A stretch of DNA of 64,000 nucleotides, from assembly GCA_022605425.2 (NCBI GenBank), contig JAKIMF020000001.1, forward strand, positions 2,542,001-2,606,000. The letters are read 5' to 3'. This document shows positions 24,146-34,011 of this stretch, piece after piece. The notes beneath the pieces were generated by a model. It did no database searches. It was given only the letters and a program-made list of their open reading frames with translations, and had not been told where the DNA came from. This DNA is from Hamiltosporidium tvaerminnensis FI-OER-3-3 (Eukaryota; Fungi; Microsporidia). Every line of letters starts with the position of its first letter. Position 1 is the stretch's first letter. The translations under genes were made by a program, and so were the position numbers.

Positions 24146-26266
24146 CTATTCAACTTTGCAAATAATATTTCCTTGTCTCATAGAAATAGAAAGTAACCAT
24201 CTTAGAAATATAGTTGAGTTATCGAATCTAAAGAAATAAAATGCTCCGTTACATTCTAAGGCAAATTCTAAAATAGGAATTTTTACAGCAAATTCTTCAT
24301 TTCCGTTATTTATAAGAATGTTGTAGTTGGAAAATTGTTTGTTCAAGCTTATGATTTTGCTGTCGGTTATGTCAATCAAATCATCGTTTCTTTTTTTGTA
24401 GAATTTTAGAGGGCAGGTAAGAAGCGAATTGAGAAAGCTGTGGTTTTTTACGATCAGTATTTTACATTCTAAAATGTTTATAGAATATTTTTTGGTGTAA
24501 AAGAAGTTGCTATCTTCTGGACAGACAAGATCACCGTCTCTTTCATTTGCGTAGTGAGATGCACATGCTCTATATCTCTTGCCGTTTAAACAGGTTAAAA
24601 AGTTACCTCTTAGATTAAACCAATTTAACTGATATCTTCCGTTTTTACCTCTTTTTTGTATTTTTCCTACGATTGATCCAGATCGAAGATCATTTAGATT
24701 ATCAACTGATTCTATAAATACATATTGCTGGGATTTTCTATTGAAAACAAATCTACGGATGTCACTTTTCGTGTTTTCGTATTTTGGTGTTTTAGGACCC
24801 GAAACTCTAGATTCTGCCTCTTTCATGATAACGAATCCTTCTTCATTTTTATCAAGCGTGCCGGTTGCTTTTTTGATGAGTTTTTCTTCTTTTTGTATCT
24901 TTTTGTCATTTTCAACGTTTTTCTTGGTTTCATTAGCTTTTTGTTGGTTGCCCGAGACTTCATTTTTTTTCTTCGATTTTTCTTTTGGAGTAATTTTTAT
25001 GATTTCACCGCCTTTATCAACAAAGAATTTGTTTATTTTAGCCTGAACTTTGTTAGATGAAATAATTTCTTCAATATTACGAACAGGATACACAGATGTT
25101 CCTAAAGCGACATATCCAGGAGTTGACATAGTTGTATTTCCGGTTTTAATAGTACTATCTTGGACAGAATCAAAATCCGATTTATAAATGTCTTCTGAAA
25201 TATTCTTATCTTCTTTATTATCTAAAGAAAGTGAAATTATTGGTTCGTTTGGAATTTCTCCAATGGCTTCTGGTTTATCGATTTTTTCTATTATCTCTGC
25301 ACTCGTAGAAGCAGCTTTTAATTCGTAAGTAGGTGACTCTTTCACTATATTTTCTGAGAAATCGCTTTTCGCTGACGAAATAATATTTTCCTCTTTGAAA
25401 TCCATAATTTCTTTGCTATTTTCCTCGTTTAAATTCATATTTTTTTCAATTTCTTTATTTAAAGAAACTTGAATGATCTTTGGAATTAAATTTTCACTTT
25501 CACACGAAATATTTTTAATTTCTTCTTTGCTTTCAAAATCATCGACTTCAATCTGTGTAGAAATAATATTTCTTACAACGAAACCATCAGTTACATCATT
25601 TTTCAAATCATTTAAAGAAGAAAACTGACTTGGTACTTTGGAATTCAAAACCTCGTAACTATGATAAATAGTATTTGTTACAGCATGAGGCGGTTCAACC
25701 AATTTTTTTGGCAAATTTTCTTCAATAATTGTTTGTTCCTCTACCTCTGTATTCTTATAAGTATTTGTACAGCCATATAAATCATTTAGAACATCCGTCA
25801 ATTTATAAACCTCATCATTTTCTTTTTTAGACACATTCTCTGACACCAAATCATTCTTTATATTGAAATCAGCTTTTTCACTTTCTTTTATTTCATTTTC
25901 TTCTTCTCTATCATTCTCCTTTTTAATTTGTATCAAACTCATATTTTTACTTGCACAAAAATCGCATTCAGGATAATTGAATCTGTTTCTTAAAACCATT
26001 CCCATTTGTAACATATCTTTCCTAGCATCTTCATTAAGAAGTTCTTCGATATAATCTATTTCATCGTATCCGTCACTTCCACACCAAACACATTTATTAT
26101 CAACATTATCTTCTTGGATAATAAAATCTGGTCCCAAAGAGGAAATACTAGGTTCGTATACGCTAATAGTTGTTTCTTTATCTTCATCAGAATCTTTTTT
26201 CGCCACAAATCTGTTTAATCTAGGAGTTGTCACATTTTTTCGTAAATAAATATCTTTCTCTGTCAT
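24146..26266 (-). CDS. hypothetical protein with N-terminal CxxC..CxxC and C-terminal PH-like domain
   Basis: 706-aa ORF; GKIQKRG..WFNLRGNFLTC and C-terminal FFRFD..FLRWLLSI resemble PH beta1-3 and the terminal helix. Confidence 0.7.
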   Translation of the reverse strand: MTEKDIYLRKNVTTPRLNRFVAKKDSDEDKETTISVYEPSISSLGPDFIIQEDNVDNKCVWCGSDGYDEIDYIEELLNEDARKDMLQMGMVLRNRFNYPECDFCASKNMSLIQIKKENDREEENEIKESEKADFNIKNDLVSENVSKKENDEVYKLTDVLNDLYGCTNTYKNTEVEEQTIIEENLPKKLVEPPHAVTNTIYHSYEVLNSKVPSQFSSLNDLKNDVTDGFVVRNIISTQIEVDDFESKEEIKNISCESENLIPKIIQVSLNKEIEKNMNLNEENSKEIMDFKEENIISSAKSDFSENIVKESPTYELKAASTSAEIIEKIDKPEAIGEIPNEPIISLSLDNKEDKNISEDIYKSDFDSVQDSTIKTGNTTMSTPGYVALGTSVYPVRNIEEIISSNKVQAKINKFFVDKGGEIIKITPKEKSKKKNEVSGNQQKANETKKNVENDKKIQKEEKLIKKATGTLDKNEEGFVIMKEAESRVSGPKTPKYENTKSDIRRFVFNRKSQQYVFIESVDNLNDLRSGSIVGKIQKRGKNGRYQLNWFNLRGNFLTCLNGKRYRACASHYANERDGDLVCPEDSNFFYTKKYSINILECKILIVKNHSFLNSLLTCPLKFYKKRNDDLIDITDSKIISLNKQFSNYNILINNGNEEFAVKIPILEFALECNGAFYFFRFDNSTIFLRWLLSISMRQGNIICKVE

Positions 26267-26723
26267 ATACCTTCCACTTTCTATTTCAATATTTATCTAC
26301 TTTTTTTATTAATCAATTGTCTCCTTTTTTTTATTCACTCTATATATTTGTTGGTTACTTCCCTTTTTTACAATTATTTCGTTCTTATTAATTGATTTGT
26401 CTACATTTGTAGTTCTTAATTTTTTTGTTTTCATCTACTGATTCGTCTAAATATATTATTGTTTACAATTTTGTCGTTTCTGTTCATTAATCAGATTTAC
26501 TAAATTGTCAAATTCATTCTTTAAAAAAACGTTCTTTTACTAAATTCAAATTTTGAAAAAAATTGATGGCAATTTGTTCTTTAAACATACAATGTTCCTT
26601 AAAATAAATAGTACTCAAAGAATCAAATTTACATCGTTTCAGAGTAAGTAACTTTTAAGATACTTACACTCTAAAAATTCACAAAATTTATATGATTTCA
26701 TAAAAAAAAATTTAATAAAAAAA

Positions 26724-26880
26724 AGTTTGAAATGAGAAAATTGATATGAAAACAACCCACCAAACATCAACTGACCAAACTTCTAATCCTTTAATAAAAA
26801 ACAGTTTGAAATGAGAAAATTGACATAAAAAATCCCCGCTAAACATCAACTGACCAAACTTCCAATCTTTCAATAAAAAA
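26724..26880. repeat. tandem duplication (~79 bp) of the OXR1 3' end
   Basis: 26724-26801 and 26803-26880 are near-identical. Confidence 0.85.
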
Positions 26881-27516
26881 TTTTTGTTTTGAACTTAAAC
26901 ATTCGTTGTAAAATGTCGTTACAGGATACGATTCACCACTAAGAATATCACTATTAAACAAAAGACCGAAATGCCCGTCACTACATCCAAACGCAAGGTA
27001 GTCAATTGTGCACAGACAAAAATATGTATTTTCACCACTAGCTCTATAAATACTAACTTTACTCTCACAATTTGCAGATATTTGTTCTGTACAATTTTTA
27101 TTTTCCATACTTTCAGTGGAATGAGATTCACTAAATTTGAAAAGAAACGAATTTAATTTTCCAAACGCAGAATTTTTTATTTCTATTTTTGTTGCAAAAA
27201 AAGCGCCAAAAATATTTTTATTAACATCCTGGCACACAAAAATGTATGGCGGTTTCTTATTGGACAAACAAGTAAGTAAAGTTTTAAGAGAAAATCCATT
27301 TTCATACGTAGAATACACCAAATCCCACGATTCTACCATTTGGTATCTTTGCTCTAAAGAGTCTTGTATTCCTGTTATTAGTTCGTCAGTAAGAATTGTA
27401 TTCATATAGACCGCTTTGTTATAAAGAAGTTGAAATTCCATTATTTTCTCTTCTGCTTGATTCTTATCTGAATTTCTGTTCCATCTCCGTTTAAAAAATT
27501 GTCTTAAAAAATTCAT
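26839..27516 (-). CDS. OXR1: TLDc-domain oxidation resistance protein
   Basis: TLDc motifs LVYSTYENGFSLKTL, IFGAF, SFLFK, LAFG..GHFGL, FFIERLEVW. Confidence 0.88.
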   Translation of the reverse strand: MNFLRQFFKRRWNRNSDKNQAEEKIMEFQLLYNKAVYMNTILTDELITGIQDSLEQRYQMVESWDLVYSTYENGFSLKTLLTCLSNKKPPYIFVCQDVNKNIFGAFFATKIEIKNSAFGKLNSFLFKFSESHSTESMENKNCTEQISANCESKVSIYRASGENTYFCLCTIDYLAFGCSDGHFGLLFNSDILSGESYPVTTFYNECLSSKQKFFIERLEVWSVDV

Positions 27517-27787
27517 GCCCCATTAATAGATTGATTTTTAAAAAAAGTAAATTTTTGGAAAAAAAACTTTTTCTCAAAAAATAAAATTATTAAATATTCG
27601 TTTACTTTTTTAAGTAGAAAATAAAACAAATAAAAAAATAAATCTCAAGATGTTAGTCTATTACATAAAATACAATTTATCATGTTTTTTACTCCTTTTT
27701 TTTCTTATCTTAAATCAAGATTAAAGATGATAATAATTTCTCAAAAAGTGTAATTGTAAAGTAAAAAGTATTTATTTGAAATTTATA

Positions 27788-28515
27788 GTGGAGGGAGGAT
27801 AACCACATAAAAAACTTTCTGCTTGGCAATGAGTGTGTGAAACTGATGTGAGATCATTGTTTAGATTTTTGGTGGGAATAAAACCACACTACATCTTCGG
27901 TTCTTCCATGAGAGTTGTTATGAGGAGGAGAGGTCTACGAAATGGCGAAACTTTTTCTACAAATTTATTTGTAGTTTTTTATGTAACCAGATTGCAGACC
28001 GCAGCTGAACATGTAGGCAATTGCCATGTAAAAGCATGGAAACCTAGCCTTGCTCACTCGGGTTAGAAGACTTAGCGCCTGGGAGATATAAAAATAAAAC
28101 CCATTAAAAGCCAGGAAAGCTAAGTAGCAGGTTATACCTGTTGGTATGACATTGCACTGTCTAGGTGGACCCCATGTAAGTCTCTGAAATATATCTTAGC
28201 TAGAAGTTTATTGGGTTCAGAAAGTGTAGAGTAAGTGGGAATGCTGCAAAGTCTTGGGGGAGCCCAGGGGGGGCTTCGGCCTTCGATCACACTCCATGCA
28301 ACGGACATTAACGAACTCCGGGCAACTGCCTCGCCTATTAATTAGGTTCTACACACCTGGTAGATGAAAGGCTTTGGGACGTAGGTATCGCAGGGGTTAC
28401 CGATGGAGTGTTGGGGTAGTAGTCATTTATGTTAAACCTAGAACTGCGTTAATGTCATGAAAACAAATATAACACTTGCCACTATTTTAAAAAGATATGA
28501 TACTTTTAAATAAAG
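27788..28515 (+). mobile_element. best-preserved copy of the ~725-nt structured non-coding retroposon, with perfect 14-bp TSD
   Basis: ATTTGAAATTTATA at 27774-27787 and 28516-28529; ends TTTTAAATAAAG; GC-richer than flanks; four further copies in the window. Confidence 0.92.
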
Positions 28516-29349
28516 ATTTGAAATTTATAAAAAAATTTTAATTTAAAATCTAAAAAATAATTTTAAAACGAAAATATTTAATTAATTACAATTCATATTT
28601 GAAACAAATCCAAGTTTAAAATTAATTTTACAAATATAAAAAATTTTACTCAAATATAGCTTAAACTTTATTTATTTATTAGTATTATGAAGTAAATATG
28701 ATGCTTTAAAATTTCCCAGGAATAAAATAACTATATTTAAAGAATTTATAGAGCTTTAGAATAATCTCAGTTTTGAATTAATTCAATAATTTCAAATATT
28801 GTTTTTATTTGATTTACTACAAAAATAATTTGTTACATTATTTTTAAATTACTTATTTTAAAATATACTATTGTTTATAAATGTGATTTAGTTTTTTTTC
28901 TAAATTTAGAATATTTAAATATTTTTTTTATTAATTATTTGCTCTGATTAGTAGATTGATTATAATTTTGATTTAATAAAAACCAAGCTTTAATATTTTT
29001 AAGTAACTATAGTAAAATGTGAGAGTAAACAAAACTGAGAATAAAATATTTACATGTTTCCTGATTATATATAAATTTTAAATTAGTCATGTTTTTAAGA
29101 AATGATTAAAAAAGGGGTTTAAGTGATATTATATTCAATAGTTTGAATTATATAAAATATATTTTAAGAGATTACAATATAAAATATTATGACAGTTTTG
29201 GATTTTAGAAAAAAATATACTTTTTTTTAATTTTAAATAAGTAGTTAAAGAAATTTTATCATAAAATTCAAGATATATGATGAAAATTAGAAATTCAATA
29301 TTATTAATTTGTTGCTTAATTTGATGCATTAAAATCGTTTATATAATTC

Positions 29350-30290
29350 AGTATGTCTCGACGACGACTCACCTCGAAATGTTTAATTGGTTTGAAAATA
29401 CAAGACACCAATAAGAGTGCTCCAATTAGTATAAAACTCTTTTTATTTGTTCATAAATCTTACAAAAACCAATATTAGTGGGTAGAACTGGATCTAAAAC
29501 AATTAAAAAGATTCTATTGGTCAAAAAAAATATATGAAATAAAAATTGTTAGAATTGTCTCCATATTTAGTATTTATTGAGAATAGCATGAGAAATTGTT
29601 TGCTTACTTTCTAAAGTTTTCATTTTAAAAAAAGTGTAAATCAATTTGTTTAGATTTCTTTCTAAGAATTCACAGTTACATAAAAAATTTTAGGATACAA
29701 TTGATGCTTTTATGCCATTTTCCGTGCAATTTATTTATTTTCTCAATAATTGCATAACACAAATATTGCTTGAATACCTTCATGGAACTTTATACTTGAT
29801 TAAATTAAAAGCCTTTTAATAAAAATGATTAAGAATGTATACAAATTATAATTGAATAATACAGCATATAGTTAAAAGAACAGTGTTTTTAGACAAAGAA
29901 AATTCTTCATCTGAATAAATTTCTTCGAGAAAAAAGACAGAATGGAATAAAAATAGGTAGAGGGAAACAGGCTAAACATAAAATGCCGAGTTTAAGCTCT
30001 GAAAAAATCAAAGTAAATAAAATAGAAGAAGAAAAGTATGCCAATTAAAAAAACATTCTAAATTTTATTGTGAAATGTCTATGACTACTAAAAATGTGAT
30101 ATGAAAGCTAAAAAATACACAAGAAACAGACCAGTTGGGAGTATAAAATTTTTATTGAAGTTCTAAAGGAATTATGACTCGGATAATATAGTTTAGGATT
30201 ATTTTGGTTTTTTTTCTTATTAATGTAAAATAAAGTTCGTTTCTACGAGCTTAACAGCTAGTCTTTTATATAAAATAATTTTTAAAGTAT
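29350..30290. repeat. ancient dispersed duplication or decayed gene paralogous to 34660-35830
   Basis: Colinear weak similarity (ACGACGA..CTCGAAA.GTTTAAT; ATTTGTTCA.AAATCTTA; TGATATGAAA; TCGGAT; TTCTAC..GCTT). Confidence 0.55.
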
Positions 30291-30382
30291 ATTTTAAAAT
30301 ATTTTTACTTAAAGTTTAAGATATTAGGAAAATACAAATACTCTGATAGAAATATTAGAAGTATAAAGTATTAAATATTCGT

Positions 30383-31201
30383 TTAATTATTTGATTTTTT
30401 TTTATTTCTAGAAATGGGATTAAATTTTTCTAAAAATGATGCAAAATTTTCACTTTTACGTCGTAAGGATTGTGGTTCCCGAGTAAGTTTTGTTGAGTTA
30501 CAATACGAAGTATTTCTTTTTAATGAGCTGAATGGTCTATCTCTTTTGGCCTTCTGTTTATCTTCTTTTGTATCGTGATTTTCTTCAGGGTCGCAAAGAG
30601 AATTCATAGTTGAAACAATATTTGAGGATCCCATCTGTCTATTTAATGAAGTTCTTCGAGACTTTTTATTACTTGTTTTTGCATTTAAATTTTTTTTATT
30701 GTAAAGCTCCGAAGTATCGTAATTTACTAAATCTATCTCATTTTCGTTGTTTTGTATGGATAAGGCTTCCTCTTTATCGGTTTTCAATTGAACTGCAACA
30801 ATAGAACTTATATCAATATCTGGGGGGACAGATATAGAAGACCTGTTCAAATGTGTACTATCCAAATATGTTTTTCTTCTTTTTGAAACAAAATCATCTT
30901 TCACAGGCGATCTACATCTTTTCCTTTCAATATTTTCAAATTGTGAAACTTGAGAGATTTCAGGATTATTATTTTGGCCAATCTTTCTTTCAGAAGTTGT
31001 ATCATCACTTATTTTATGAGTAAAAATGGGCGATGATGTAACGATCGGCATAAATTCTAGAGGCAAACAATCAATCACCTTCAATTCTCTATTATCAACA
31101 GATCCTGCTAATATTTCATCTCTCGATTTTCTTAATATGTTATAGAATCTATCTGAACATAAAAAAATGCCGAAATATATAACGAGAAAACGCATGCCCA
31201 T
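30383..31201 (-). CDS. hypothetical secreted protein with basic clusters
   Basis: Signal-like MRFLVIYFGIFLCS; basic motifs RKRCRSP, SKRRK, KKSRR, RNKKK. Confidence 0.75.
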   Translation of the reverse strand: MGMRFLVIYFGIFLCSDRFYNILRKSRDEILAGSVDNRELKVIDCLPLEFMPIVTSSPIFTHKISDDTTSERKIGQNNNPEISQVSQFENIERKRCRSPVKDDFVSKRRKTYLDSTHLNRSSISVPPDIDISSIVAVQLKTDKEEALSIQNNENEIDLVNYDTSELYNKKNLNAKTSNKKSRRTSLNRQMGSSNIVSTMNSLCDPEENHDTKEDKQKAKRDRPFSSLKRNTSYCNSTKLTREPQSLRRKSENFASFLEKFNPISRNKKKSNN

Positions 31202-31451
31202 ATATCTATCAAACGTAATAAATATAAATTATCATAAATTATTAATCAATTTCGTAAGATAGTTCTTTATTCTTTTTTTAGATTAAATTTTATTTTTGAG
31301 CTTTTTTTACCATTTTAAGTAATTATTAAATTTTATTTTATAAATTGCAATTTTTTAATAAATCGAAAAATTATAAGATTTTAGTGTGGGTAATACACAA
31401 TTTTCATTATTTTTATTAAACTCAATGTTACCTCTGTTTTTAGTAGTGGTC

Positions 31452-31581
31452 TATAAAAATAGATATCTATTTACTTATCCCAATTCTCTTGTACTTCAAG
31501 TGTAGATAAATATAAAAATAGATATCTACTTACTTATCCCAATTCTCTTGTACCTCTCGAGTGTTTAAGATTATAAAAATA
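31452..31581 (-). repeat. tandem pair of RTE-type 3' tails separated by a TATAAAAATA target repeat
   Basis: Reverse complement GAGAGGTACAAGAGAATTGGGATAAGTAAG resembles the tail at 63610-63647; TATAAAAATA at 31452, 31511 and 31572. Confidence 0.7.
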
Positions 31582-32033
31582 AATTACAAGTAATTATTTA
31601 GGAATTATTTTCCTTTAATATGCACCAAAACAATTTTATAATTTATTTTTTTGATAGATTAAATCCGCTAGTAATTTATATAAAAACAGTAAATCAAACA
31701 CAAAATAGTACTACTTTAATAAATTATTTTATTACCAAATTCGATATTAGAAAAGAGGAATTTTAACCGCCAAAAATATATTCAAATTGTAAATAAATAT
31801 TTAATTAAATAAAGACAAGACTAATTCAATGTTAAATATATTTCTACTTTTTTAAATTTATAATTTCAAACGAAAATCAAATATTTGACAAAGAATATCT
31901 TTCTCTGTTTATTGACCTATTATGCCAAAAAAAAAGTAGAAGACGGTATAAAAATATGCGTTCAGATAATTTTTAAAGAAATTAAACTAAATACATTACA
32001 AAAAATAAATCATTTTATTTTTAAAGCTGCGCG

Positions 32034-33359
32034 CTAGATTTTTTCTTCTTCTATATCAATATATTTTTTCTGAAAACACCAAAGCTTAAGTTTTTTATCA
32101 ATAATTCCATATTTAAAAATAAATAAAAATGAAAATACTACACAAAGAAATGCATTAATCAGAAAGATGGTTTTGAATTCCGTAATTCTTTCGGGTGTGT
32201 CGGCATTTATTTCATCAAACATATTACCAAATACCCACCCAGCAATTACGGATGCAAGCCCGCCAAAAGAACCAGAATATATCATTTGACTTGTAGACTT
32301 TAAATGTTCAGGACATAATGAATTTGCTAGTCTTACACCCGAAGAATGAGTCAATCCAAAGTTAATACCTTTCATCGATTCAATACCGCAACACCAAAGA
32401 AATGCCATTTTTCCGTTTTTAAGAAAATAATATCCAATAAATCGTATCATTTGTGCGATTCCAGCAATCAACAATGGCCAATACAATCCAATTTTAGAAA
32501 TATATTTTAGAAAAAATAATATAAGAACCTCAACTGAAACACCGAAAAATGCCAAAGTAGCCATCGGATTTTCATTAATAAATTTCCAAAACCACCAACT
32601 ATTTTTGCATTCAAATCCTCGTATTTTTAATACTTTAGATAAGTATGTAGTTAAATATAAAGTCATTACAGATCTTCCTAATCCAATAAAAAATATTATT
32701 CCAATAAAAAACATATAACTTTTAGTTTTTAGCAAATCAATAATTCCCGTATTTTTTCTTTCCTTCTTTTTTACTTCAATAAAAGGCGTTTTTCGTTTAT
32801 AAAAACAAAATGAAATTGAAACTGCCAAAACGGTTACTCCAATTAAATATATTCGTAAATTTGAAAATTCTAATATATCGTTTCCACCCACCAGCTTTTC
32901 AACTGAATAACACGCAACAACATATCCAAGTGTACCAAACATTCTTTGTTTTCCATAAACTTCAGAACTATAATTATGTTGACTAAGAAACTCCAATATA
33001 ATTCTGTCTATAATTGGAACTAATCCGGAACAAAATAAAACATATACAAAAAAACACATCCAGAATTGCAGAATACTTTTTACAATAAAAAATAATAAAA
33101 AACAAATAGTAGAACCTATCAACATTAGAATAGAAATAATTACTGGCTGATGAAACCAGTCAATCAAATTTCCGATTGCTATATTTGAAAAAAATGCAAT
33201 CAGCATCAGAATTCCATTTACTTTTCCATATAACCCTTCATCGATTCCAAACATTTTTTTAGCAAATAAACCTCTATACGAATGTAAAGTATATATGTGA
33301 AGACTCAGAATGAAGTATAAAAGTTTGGGAAGTACAAGATATTTTTCTAGTATTGACAT
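32034..33359 (-). CDS. major facilitator superfamily transporter (MFS_1-like/MFSD6-like)
   Basis: About 12 hydrophobic segments; YGKQRMFGTLG motif; PEHLKSTSQ..GLASVIAG. Confidence 0.88.
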   Translation of the reverse strand: MSILEKYLVLPKLLYFILSLHIYTLHSYRGLFAKKMFGIDEGLYGKVNGILMLIAFFSNIAIGNLIDWFHQPVIISILMLIGSTICFLLFFIVKSILQFWMCFFVYVLFCSGLVPIIDRIILEFLSQHNYSSEVYGKQRMFGTLGYVVACYSVEKLVGGNDILEFSNLRIYLIGVTVLAVSISFCFYKRKTPFIEVKKKERKNTGIIDLLKTKSYMFFIGIIFFIGLGRSVMTLYLTTYLSKVLKIRGFECKNSWWFWKFINENPMATLAFFGVSVEVLILFFLKYISKIGLYWPLLIAGIAQMIRFIGYYFLKNGKMAFLWCCGIESMKGINFGLTHSSGVRLANSLCPEHLKSTSQMIYSGSFGGLASVIAGWVFGNMFDEINADTPERITEFKTIFLINAFLCVVFSFLFIFKYGIIDKKLKLWCFQKKYIDIEEEKI

Positions 33360-33691
33360 GGGTTGATATACAAATATTATATTTAAAACTTTCTATTTTT
33401 TTCCAAAAAAAGCTATTAGTTCATAGAAAACAATATATATAAAAAAATATAGAAAATAAGCCAAATAAAGAATAAATTTAAATTAAATCTCTTATTTCTA
33501 ATTAAATATGTCCTGTAAAAGGAAATCAAATCTATCAAAATTGAAATGATAAAAAAAATTACAGACAAAAATCGAGGTTCGTTTTATTTTGTTTAAATTT
33601 TTAATAAAATTTATTATAAATTTGATGACTAAAGGATAAATTTATAAAAAACAACTTCTAAATTTATAATAGTCAAATTATTAAGGAAAGC

Positions 33692-34011
33692 TGCTAGATG
33701 TAATTAAGAAGGCCCAAGCTCTTAAAAAGATGTAGTGCCACTTGGTGGTAGTAGTGTTAGATGTAATTAAGAAGGCCCGAGCTCTTAAAAAGGAGTAGTG
33801 CCACTTGGTAGTAGTAGTGTTAGATTTAATTAAGAAGGCCCGAGCTCTTAAAAAGATGTTGTGCCACTTGGAGGTAGTAGTGTTAGATGTAATTAAGAAG
33901 GCCCGAGCTCTTAAAAAGGAGTAGTGCCACTTGGTAGTAGTGTTAGATGTAATTAAGAAGGCCCGAGCTCTTTAAAAGAAGTAGTGCCACTTGGTAGTAG
34001 TGTTAGATGTA
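33692..34011 (+). repeat. tandem array, 5 units of 60-63 bp, each an RTE 3' terminus plus an 11-bp TSD
   Basis: Unit TGTTAGATGTA + ATTAAGAAGGCCCGAGCTCTTAAAAAG..GTAGTGCCACTTGG(TAG)n; TAGAT at 33695, 33758, 33821, 33884, 33944 and 34004. Confidence 0.9.

Noticed and set aside
27836-27890. Hammerhead core (GAAAC/CTGATG), twister 3' end (GTGGAGGG) or Sm site (ATTTTTGG) in the element head
   Set aside because: No intact CTGANGA with the required stems, no twister 5' half upstream, and the Sm-like word is not conserved in the short-form copies
27833-28066. 77-aa ORF, also present at 53748-53981
   Set aside because: Non-ATG start, shared only by the two near-identical repeat copies, not called in the diverged copies, no recognisable domain
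33692-34011. CRISPR-like array
   Set aside because: No unique spacers (whole units repeat), eukaryotic context, no cas genes; the unit is explained as an RTE tail plus TSD
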